Shown here piece by piece: positions 38,615-48,700 of a stretch of 64,000 nucleotides of DNA. The notes beneath the pieces were generated by a model that did no database searches, had not been told where the DNA came from, and was given only the letters and a program-made list of their open reading frames with translations. Both the position numbers and the translations under genes were made by a program. The stretch spans positions 434,001 through 498,000 of the forward strand of contig CATNEN010000012.1 in NCBI GenBank assembly GCA_950097015.1, given 5' to 3'. The stretch's first letter is position 1. Each line of letters starts with the position of its first letter. This stretch comes from Macrostomum hystrix. Its lineage: Eukaryota; Animalia; Platyhelminthes.

Positions 38615-38688
38615 ACGACTGGCGCCGCGTTTAACTAGCAGATTCGTGACGCCGGTAGACATGTTGTCGCGCGGAGCGGCCCCAGCGG
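38615..38688 (-). pseudogene. Isolated ~74-bp copy of the lectin gene coding sequence (41596-41669)
   Basis: ACGACTGGCGCCGCGT...CATGTTGTCGCGCGGAGCGGCCCCAGCGG matches the lectin CDS with a few mismatches, set in AT-rich DNA. Confidence 0.75.
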
Positions 38689-39554
38689 GGCATAATAATA
38701 AAATTAATAATCGGAAAAGGAGAAAAATCGTAGCTTAAAATTAAAATGAACCTCATTAAAACAAACACAGTTTTTAAAACATTTACTTCTAAAAATTCAC
38801 ATTTTTAAGCAGAACGTTTGTCTCATAAATAAGCTATGCATTTCATTTCGTCATAAATAAATATAATATCTGTGGAATTGTTAGAATGAGCTTCAATCAG
38901 AGGTAAAAAACAAGGGCCACTAGAAAATAACTCTTCTTCTAATATTCCTTGTGCAAGAATTGTAGAAAAATATCGAAAAAAGTTGTTCTTTAAATGATTA
39001 AAATGCTGTAAATGAATTAAATATACTGCAAAAGGAATACAAAATATTTAATTGGCCCATATGTACAGTCGGGAGTACGACAATAGATATTGCTTGAGAA
39101 GATTGCTTGCAGGAATTTAGCCTTGACTAAGTCTGCTTTTGAGAAGTTCGCTTCTATTTTTTGCATTTTCTCTTTGCATGGCTAAGCTTTCAAACTAATC
39201 TTTGAGTTTAATACTAATGATTTGTAATAAAAAATTGTTAATCATTAGCAGCATACATTTTGGTAGTATTTTAATTCAGCACGATTGAACTGGTGTGATA
39301 ATTATAGTAATTCTAATAATAGGCAGAACTATGAGCTAAATTCGAGCTACAATAAGAATTGCTGTCTAGATCAAAAATACTATCAAGAAATGCCAAACGA
39401 TTACTGCGTTTGGATTTAGCATGCAGTCCCTAATTGGACTGAACATATTCGCATGAGTAATAGGAGTAGTAATAGTGGAATTGTACTTGTCACTGAGGAA
39501 GGAGAGTTGCGTGAAGGTGAAAGCAAACTTCGGCAAGCAAATTTTATAGAACCT

Positions 39555-39700
39555 GTACAGCCAGTGGCACAGCCACAGCTATAGCGCAGCACTTGCAAAG
39601 GCTGGGCAGTGTACTGCTGTTCAGTCCATGGACTGGGGAGGCTGTCACATCCAACCTTCTTCTCCAGCTGGTGCTGTGTACCAACGTTGCAGCCAGTGAC
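39555..39700 (-). mobile_element. Diverged 3' part of the same SINE family
   Basis: Shares CAGCTGG...CCCCAGTCCATGGACTGAACAG...GCGCTATAGCTGTGGCTGTG with the 40326-40589 copy. Confidence 0.65.
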
Positions 39701-40325
39701 GTTACCAGACAGAAGCTGCAGAAGCTGCCGGCCTCCATATCGTCGCTGTAGCTCCGGCTTCGAGCTCAGCAGGCTGTGCTGCAGCCGGCGATAGTGAGCA
39801 TAGGCCCGGACGCTCAGCAGTCGCTTGGCCGACCCCTGGCCAAAACCACGTGGTGGTCCAGCTGGGCCCGAATCTGTTAGCGACTATGAAAAACTCGTTA
39901 GTAAGTAAGTAAAACTCTACTGCTAGTAGCTAGGCTCAAGCGCTATGGAAAAAAAGATATTAAACTGTATAAACATCAGTAGAAAAATATCTTTACATCT
40001 AGTGTCGTAGATGTTTATTTTAAGAAATTTCTTCTAATGAAGTAATTTAAGAATATTTTCTTATGGGCATTTATACAGTTTTTGTTGAAATTAGTTTCAA
40101 CACCAAGAAAATATAACAGCGGTATAACATATAACACAGGCAAATTTAAACAAAAAATGCTTTGCAAATAAACAAAAACACAAATCTTTAAACACATGTG
40201 CTTTCAACATTTGGAAAAATATTTAAGATGTAATTGGCTGGGGCTTCTTAGACTGGAGGGCAAATATATATATATACAAATATAAATAGATAATTAATAA
40301 TAATTGATTAACCTGTCCCAATCAG

Positions 40326-40589
40326 GCCAGGTGTGCAGCCGACAGCACAGCCGCAGCTATCGCGCGGCGCATCTGAAGGCTGCGTACAGCTGTTCAGTCC
40401 ATGGACTGGGGGGACGCCACACCCACCTTCAATTATCCCAGCTGATGCTGGTACCCATTTAACAGCTGGGTGAACTAAGCTGGAGAGTTGAGTGTCTTGC
40501 TAAAGGACACAAATTGTTTCAGTGGAGTCGGGAATCGAACCCCCGACCTTCAAGTCGTGAGTCCGACGCCCTAACCACTATGCTACAAC
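40326..40589 (-). mobile_element. tRNA-derived CORE-like SINE, fuller copy
   Basis: Minus strand: TAGCATAGTGGTTAGGG (A box), GGTTCGATTCCC (B box), GTGTCCTTTAGCAAGACACTCAACTCT...CAGCTGTTAAATGGG, palindrome CAGTCCATGGACTG. Confidence 0.82.
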
Positions 40590-41145
40590 CTATAGGCTAT
40601 ACAAATATGCATATAAGTATACATATGATATCCAATAGTCATGCATCGAGGTTGTATCTATACGTACGTGTCCTTTCTTTAAAAAATATATAAATAAAAC
40701 ATTTTCACAGAAAGTTAGAAGGTAAACCAAAGTGTCATTCAGACTCATTCTGTATTTCTTTTATCTAACCTGCTTTAAATTCACGTTTTTTTCATAGAAA
40801 GAAAACATGTAAAATATTTATGTATTTTCAGCTTCAAAGGCTCAACTCCGGAATCATACTCGTATTATCGATTTCATCTCAAGGACCACTAAAGAAGAGA
40901 AGTCACTGATGTCTTGAAGTAAATTGTAACTCAGTAGTTAACTATAGTTTTCAGATTTTTTTAAAAGAAAACAACAAAGCTTGAATTGCTGTCATCATGA
41001 AGTATATTTTAATGCTCTTACAGTTCGTTGCAAATTTTATTGGCTGTCGTTAAAGCAGTAATTTATCTGTCATTACGTGAAGATTTGCCAACGCCAAAGA
41101 AGTATTTTTGAAAAGAATTTATGCTGCCCTCAAATTCTTGGATGT

Positions 41146-41928
41146 CTAGGTCTTTACGAACTTCACCCAGTCAGTGTCCGCCTCGATTTCATTTGCCACA
41201 CTCGCATCGGCATAGTCCAGCATTCGACAACGCATTTGAACAGCATTGAACAGAGTGGCTCGACACTCTTTGCGGCCAACACAGAGTCGCAGGCAGTCCA
41301 GCCAATGAAGGACGGCGACATTCGGTACTTCAGTGTAACAATAGTTCGGGCTGATCTCGCCTAGACGGAGGAAGTCCATACGACGCATTGTTGCGTCATT
41401 GGATTTCCTATTTCCATAAATTACGTAATCCAACTGACAGACAAAGCCATTCGGATTAACGGCTCGTTTATCCGTGAGTCCCTCCGTTCCGACGGTTAGA
41501 AAGTCGTCAGATGCAATGTTGCCATTGGGCCGGTCGATAATCCAATCGGCATCGTCCAGACTGGGGAAGTCGCCATCGACAGTTTGCCATCCAAGACGAC
41601 TGGCGCCGCGTTCCACTAGCAGATCGGTGACGCCGGTCCACATGTTGTCGCGCGGAGCGGCCCCAGCGGCTGCGGCTGCGGCTCGGGCAGCTCGAATTGC
41701 GTGAATGTCGCTGGCCAGCCGACCGCCGCTCATGGCAGCGCACAGAGAGGCTGCCTGGCACCAGTCGAGGTCGGCCGTCCAGTTCGCGTGGACGCAGAGC
41801 GGTCTAGTTGCTAACGGCCCGGCCAAGGGCTGGTAAGGCTGGGGACAGGCCACTGAACAATGCCCCAACAGTAGCGAGAGCAGCAGCAGAAGCAGACATT
41901 GTTCTACACCAGAATTGAATCGCAGCAT
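41146..41928 (-). CDS. Secreted C-type-lectin-like plus PAN/apple-like protein, intronless, 260 aa
   Basis: Signal peptide LLLLLLSLLLGHCSVA; CTLD landmarks W..A...C...GGRLAS, MWTGVTD, W...RPNG, FVCQ; C-terminal C...C.....CRATLFN.....CRML PAN-like pattern. Confidence 0.8.
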   Translation of the reverse strand: MLRFNSGVEQCLLLLLLSLLLGHCSVACPQPYQPLAGPLATRPLCVHANWTADLDWCQAASLCAAMSGGRLASDIHAIRAARAAAAAAGAAPRDNMWTGVTDLLVERGASRLGWQTVDGDFPSLDDADWIIDRPNGNIASDDFLTVGTEGLTDKRAVNPNGFVCQLDYVIYGNRKSNDATMRRMDFLRLGEISPNYCYTEVPNVAVLHWLDCLRLCVGRKECRATLFNAVQMRCRMLDYADASVANEIEADTDWVKFVKT

Positions 41929-42357
41929 GATGTTGTGTTTGATGTTTCATGGAATTATGTTTCTCGGCGTATTAATATAGTCTCTGGGGACTGCGCCTAA
42001 AAAGTTCTCATCGCAGTTTCTGTTCACTAAACTCAACGGAAGCGAATATTTTTTGTTTAGATGAGATCTTTAAAAAGCATCCAAACAATGGATCAGAGAT
42101 CTCACAACGAGAAGCTGAAACGGAAGTCGCATTGTCGAATGCGAGGAAGCCATTTTCTTTTTCTAGTTCTGATTTTTCGCACAAGATCACTCTCACACTT
42201 CGGGCTGAAATCCCAATTAACGTTAATTAAAAACTGCTTGCTGGTAGTAAAGCTAGATTTTTTGTATTTTGAACAAAAGTTGTTTACTTTTTAATATGAA
42301 AAATTAGCTGGAAATGATCCAGCCTTTTTGCCATTTGGTACAGAGGAAAAATAAAAC

Positions 42358-42515
42358 GGAGAGGAGAGGAGAGGAGAGAAGAGGAGAGGAGAGGAGAGGA
42401 GAGGAGAGGGGAGGAGAGGAGAGGAGAGGAGAGGGGAGGAGAGGAGAGGAGAGGAGAGGAGAGGAGAGGAGAGGAGAGGAGAGGAGAGGAGAGGAGAGGA
42501 GAGGAGAGGAGAGGA
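42358..42515. repeat. (GAGGA)n microsatellite
   Basis: About 31 pentamers between the divergent lectin and Wnt genes. Confidence 0.97.
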
Positions 42516-42776
42516 AAGTAAGCTCGTAGAGAAAAGTTTAAGAAGTTTTGCGACCCTGAAAACCGGTGCTGAATTGAAGTGAGAAACATCTGACAAGGTA
42601 CCAATATTGCGCCAGAAAATCTGCACATCACGGCAGCCAATCGGACGCGGAGGTTGAGATGGTTGACCGCCGCCGTGCTAGACAAACAGCAAAAAGCCTG
42701 GCCTAGTGCATGTCTTACACTCTCTCAACAATTTGTGTTTCCACCAAAACTTAAAGAAAATTTATTTAGCAAAAAC

Positions 42777-45700
42777 ATGTCAAGTTCTGAGCGCGAATAT
42801 CGACTGACTCGGTCGGCATTTGTTCCGCTGTTCTGCTGCCTGCTGCTGTTTCTGTCATTGCCCGCTGAAGCTTTCGGGTGAGTTTCTGTGCGCTTTGAGT
42901 TGGGATGAATTTTGTTGGAGAACTTTGAGCACATTGAGCACATTCACTACAACAACTGGAGAGCAGAAATTGAGGTGGGAAGAACAAGTTAATGCATGAC
43001 GAGACAGCTCAGAGTCATGAGAATGACAAGCAGCTCAGAGTCATGAGAATGACAAGCAGCTCAGAGTCATGAGAATGACAAGCAGCTTAGAGTCATGAGA
43101 ATGACAAGCAGCTCAGAGTCATGAGAATGACAAGCAGCTCAGAGTCATGAGAATGACAAGCAGCTCAGAGTCATGAGAATGACAAGCAGCTCAGAGTCAT
43201 GAGAATGACAAGCAGCTCAGAGTCATGAGAATGACAAGCAGCTCAGAGTCATGAGAATGACAAGCAGCTCAGAGTCATGAGAATGACAAGCAGCTCAGAG
43301 TCATGAGAATGACAAGCAGCTCAGAGTCATGAGAATGACAAGCAGCTCAGAGTCATGAGAATGACAAGCAGCTCAGAGTCATGAGAATGACAAGCAGCTC
43401 AGAGTCATGAGAATGACAAGCAGCTCAGAGTCATGAGAATGACAAGCAGCTCAGAGTCATGAGAATGACAAGCAGCTCAGAGTCATGAGAATGACAAGCA
43501 GCTCAGAGTCATGAGAATGACAAGCAGCTCAGAGTCATGAGAATGACAAGCAGCTCAGAGTCATGAGAATGACAAGCAGCTCAGAGTCATGAGAATGACA
43601 AGCAGCTCAGAGTCATGAGAATGACAAGCAGCTCAGAGTCATGAGAATGACAAGCAGCTCAGAGTCATGAGAATGACAAGCAGCTTAGAGTCATGAGAAT
43701 GACAAGCAGCTCAGAGTCATGAGAATGACAAGCAGCTCAGAGTCATGAGAATGACAAGCAGCTTAGAGTCATGAGAATGACAAGCAGCTCAGAGTCATGA
43801 GAATGACAAGCAGCTCAGAGTCATGAGAATGACAAGCAGCTCAGAGTCATGAGAATGACAAGCAGCTCAGAGTCATGAGAATGACAAGCAGCTTAGAGTC
43901 ATGAGAATGACAAGCAGCTCAGAGTCATGAGAATGACAAGCAGTTCAGAGTCATGAGAATGACAAGCAGCTTAGAGTCATGAGAATGACAAGCAGCTCAG
44001 AGTGACACACTTCATGAAAGTGGCAAACAAGAAGACAATGCAACAAGGAGACAAGGAAAATAAGAGAAATTTGTATTAATATTAAACGATGCATAAAATG
44101 ATAGACTGTGAACCATAATAAGATGGCTCCAAGGTAAAAATATGGTAAATAATGTTGTTAAGCATGCTTGAATTATTTGCATGACATGCCGCAACTTGCT
44201 AATATTTTGCAAGTTTCGCTCCAAGCCTTCGTGCAAGGTGCGGAATGTACAAAGTCTTGTATACCTAATAATAATGGCTGGTAACAAGCATCCAACATGT
44301 GAGGATTTATGAAGTATTATATCCAATTAAAGCGACCGAACAAGTCTCTCGACCAACTGTTGAATGTTTTCACCTGGTTACGTAATGACTCGAATGATAT
44401 CGGTGCAAAGAGATCAAAGCAGGTGTTTAGTGTACACGTTGGTTCTACCGACTATTTTCAGATCAAATTATTCTACGGACAAAGTGAAAGCTAATTTTTC
44501 GAGTCAGAAATTTCATGGAAAAGAAACTTGATGTCTTATGCTATCCTGAGCTCGAATCCGCAGCGAGGGGAGGCCAAATTCGTTTTTTGGTTGGTTTTGG
44601 TTCGTTCGTTGGTTCGTTTTTTTGGCAGGCTTTTTGCCGAAAAATGCACTACGGAGATAGAAAATTAGATCATCGATAAGATCGGAAAATTTAGATTCAG
44701 ATGGTAGACTTTCACGAAAATCAGTGATTTGGTTTTGGAGCTATCGTGAAGTAGTGTTTGAAATAGCCCCAGTGATCTTTACCCAGAGGAAGGATAGCAT
44801 GGTGTCTCTATTGTTAAAGTCGAAAAACTATCTAGTGGGTCTTATATAGAAAGATATCGTAAGCTAGTTAATTTGCGCAGAAAAATTGTCTAAGCTCGAA
44901 AAGGGCATCCACTCCGCATGCAGACGCTTGCAGCCCATGGACTCCGCATCCTTCTACCAGCTGCTCACCCGCCAGCCGGAGGAGCTGTGCTCTGCTGATT
45001 CGCTGGCGTCGGCAGAGATCACTCCGCGAGTCCGCAGCTACTGCAACAAAGCCAGCGTTGCCGAGCGCCTGGTGCACTGGGGACTGGTGAACGGTTACAA
45101 GACCTGCCAGGCTTTGTTCCACAATGAGCGCTGGAACTGCAGCTTCCAGGCTGCGTTCCTGGATACCGGTGAGCTCAGGAAGCTGGCGGATTTAATGACG
45201 GAAGCTGGGGACACACTGAGGGAAGCTGGGGATTCAATGAGGGAAGCTGGGGATTCAATGACGGAAGCTAGGGATTCAATGAGGGAAGCTGGGGATTCAA
45301 TGAGGGAAGCTGGGGATTCAATGAGGGAAGCTGGGGATTCAATGACGGAAGCTGGGGATTCAATGAGGGAAGCTGGGGATTCAATGAGGGAAGCTGGGGA
45401 TTCAATGAGGGAAGCTGGGGATTCAATGAGGGAAGCTGGAAATTCAATGAGGGAAGCTGGGGATTCAATGAGGGAAGCTGGGGATTCAATGAGGGAAGCT
45501 AGGGACACACTTAGGGAAGCTGGGAATTCAATGAAGGAAGCTGGGGACACACTGAGGGAAGCTGGGGACACACTGAGGGAAGCTAGGGACACACTGAGGG
45601 AAGCTGGGGACACACTGAGGGAAGCTGGGGACACACTGAGGGAAGCTGGGGACACACTGAGGGAAGCTGGGGACACACTGAGGGAAGCTGGGGACACACT

Positions 45701-48700
45701 AAAGGGAGGCTGGGGACACACTGAGGGAAGCTGGGGACACACTGAGGGAAGCTACGGACACACTGAGGGAAGCTGGGAATTCAATGAGGGAAGCTGGGGA
45801 TTCAATGAGGGAAGCTGGGGATTCAATGAGGGAAGCTGGGGATTCAATGAGGGAAGCTGGAAATTCAATGAGGGAAGCTGGGGATTCAATGAGGGAAGCT
45901 GGGGATTCAATGAGGGAAGCTGGGGACACACCGAGGGAAGCTGGGGACACACTGAGGGAAGCTTGGAATTCAATGAGGGAAGCTGGGGACATTGAGGGAA
46001 GCTGGGGACACTGAGGGAAGCTGGGGACACACTGAGGGAAGCTAGGGACACACTGAGGGAAGCTGGGGACACACTGAGGGAAGCTGGGGACACACTGAGG
46101 GAAGCTGGGGACACACTGAGCGAAGCTGGGGACACACTGAGGGAAGCTAGGGACACACTGAGGGAAGCTGGGGACACACTGAGGGAAGCTGGGGACACAC
46201 TGAGGGAAGCTAGGGACACACTGAGGGAAGCTAGGGACACACTGAGGGAAGCTGGGGACACACTGAGGGAAGCTGGGGACACACTGAGGGAAGCTGGGGA
46301 CACACTGAGGGAAGCTGGGGACACACTGAGGGAAGCTGGGGACACACTGAGGGAAGCTGGGGACACACTGAGCGAAGCTGGGGACACACTGAGAGAAGCT
46401 GGGGACACACTGAGGGAAGCTGGGGACACACTGAGGGAAGCTGGGGACACACTGGTAGCAGGCGCAAATAGTGCATGGAGAATGAAGGTAAAACCAAAGC
46501 CATGGCGGTGCTGGATACCCTATATTTCCTTCGCGGTCTTGTGGCATTAGCTGTGTCGCCGTTCTTCAAAGATACCGCGTAGCTGAGGTTTGTGAAGTGT
46601 TCGCAACAATTGCTTCGGACCATTTTAAATACGGTAGGAGTAACAGACAGAGTCACCACTGTGACGTAAAAGCATTGTGATTAATGCAGCCATTTTCATT
46701 CAGGAATTCCACAATAGTTCAGTCCTTTTCTATGCAAATTAAACTTAGAAATGCAGTCAGGATGTCAGCAATTCATGCCGCCAAGGGCTGGTCTGACAAA
46801 GACATTAGTTGTTTGATGTTGCACAAGACTTATGAAACTGATGGGGAAATGGAAACTAATTAAAGAAATTCTTTTTTGTAACAGTAAACAGGCTGAGTTA
46901 CAAAAATGAATTACGGAGTGACAGTAGAATTGGTTGTGGAGTGACAGACTAGAATTGGGTGAGGAGTAACAGACTAGAATAGGGTGAGGAGTGACAGAGA
47001 AGAATAGGGTGAGGAGTGACAGAGAAGAATAGGGTGAGGAGTGACAGAGAAGAATAGGGTGAGGAGTGATAGAGTAGAATTGGGTGAGGAGTGACAGACT
47101 AGAATAGGGTGAGGAGTAACAGAGTAGAATAGGGTGAGGAGTGACAGTAGAATTGGGTGAGGAGTGACAGAGAAGAATAGGGTGAGGAGTGACAGAGAAG
47201 AATAGGGTGAGGAGTGATAGAGTAGAATTGGGTGAGGAGTGACAGACTAGAATAGGGTGAGGAGTAACAGAGTAGAATAGGGTGAGGAGTGACAGTAGAA
47301 TTGGGTGAGGAGTGACAGAGTAGATTAGGGTGAGGAGTGATAGAGTAGAATTGGGTGAGGAGTGATAGAGTAGAATAGGGTGAGGAGTGACAGAGAAGAA
47401 TAGGGTGAGGAGTGACAGAGAAGAATAGGGTGAGGAGTGATAGAGTAGAATTGGGTGAGGAGTGACAGACTAGAATAGGGTGAGGAGTAACAGAGTAGAA
47501 TAGGGTGAGGAGTGACAGTAGAATTGGGTGAGGAGTGACAGAGAAGAATAGGGTGAGGAGTGACAGAGAAGAATAGGGTGAGGAGTGATAGAGTAGAATT
47601 GGGTGAGGAGTGACAGACTAGAATAGGGTGAGGAGTAACAGAGTAGAATAGGGTGAGGAGTGACAGTAGAATTGGGTGAGGAGTGACAGAGTAGATTAGG
47701 GTGAGGAGTGATAGAGTAGAATTGGGTGAGGAGTGATAGAGTAGAATTGGGTGAGGAGTGATAGAGTAGAATTGGGTGGGGAGTGATAGAGTAGAATAGG
47801 GTGAGGAGTGATAGAGTAGAATTGGGTGGGGAGTGATAGAGTAGAATAGGGTGAGGAGTGATAGAGTAGAATTGGGTGGGGAGTGATAGAATAGAATAGG
47901 GTGAGGAGTGACAGAATAGATTAGGGTGAGGAGTGACAGACTAGAATTGGGTGAGGAGTGACAGACTAGAATTGGGTGAGGAGTGATAGAGTAGAATTGG
48001 GTGAGGAGTGATAGAGTAGAATTGGGTGAGGAGTGATAGAGTAGAATTGGGTGAGGAGTGATAGAGTAGAATTGGGTGGGGAGTGATAGAGTAGAATAGG
48101 GTGAGGAGTGATAGAGTAGAATTGGGGGGTGACAGACTAGAATTGGGTGAGGAGTGATAGAGTAGAATTGGGTGAGGAGTGATAGAGTAGAATTGGGTGA
48201 GGAGTGATCGAGTAGAATTGGGTGAGGAGTGATAGAGTAGAATTGGGTGAGGAGTGATAGAGTAGAATTGGGTGAGGAGTGATAGAGTAGAATTGGGTGG
48301 GGAGTGATAGAGTAGAATAGGGTGAGGAGTGACAGACTAGAATTGGGTGAGGAGTGATAGAGTAGAATTGGGTGAGGAGTGACAGACTAGAATAGGGTGA
48401 GGAGTGACAGAGAAGAATAGGGTGACGAGTGACAGAGTAGATTAGGGTGAGGAGTGACAGACTAGAATAGGGTGAGGAGTGACAGACTATAATAGGGTGC
48501 GGAGTGACAGACTATAATAGGGTGCGGAGTGACAGTATTTCTCAAGCTCAGCTGCAGCATCCAGTGTCATTTACATGCGAACCACCCAAGGCTATCCGCA
48601 GGCCGGTTTTGTGTGGGCGATGGCGGCGGCCAAGGCGGTGGAGGAGCTCGCGCTGGCCTGCAGGCGGGGCGAGCCCGGACTCAGCTGTCCGTGCCACGTG

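Noticed and set aside
43000-44003. Regular repeats suggestive of a CRISPR array (also 58160-58550)
   Set aside because: Head-to-tail units with no unique spacers, eukaryotic intron context, no cas genes.
45169-45995. Continuation of the 369-aa ORF as part of Wnt
   Set aside because: Wnt similarity stops at the G|GTGAGC donor (45168) and resumes in phase at 48591; the rest is intronic repeat.
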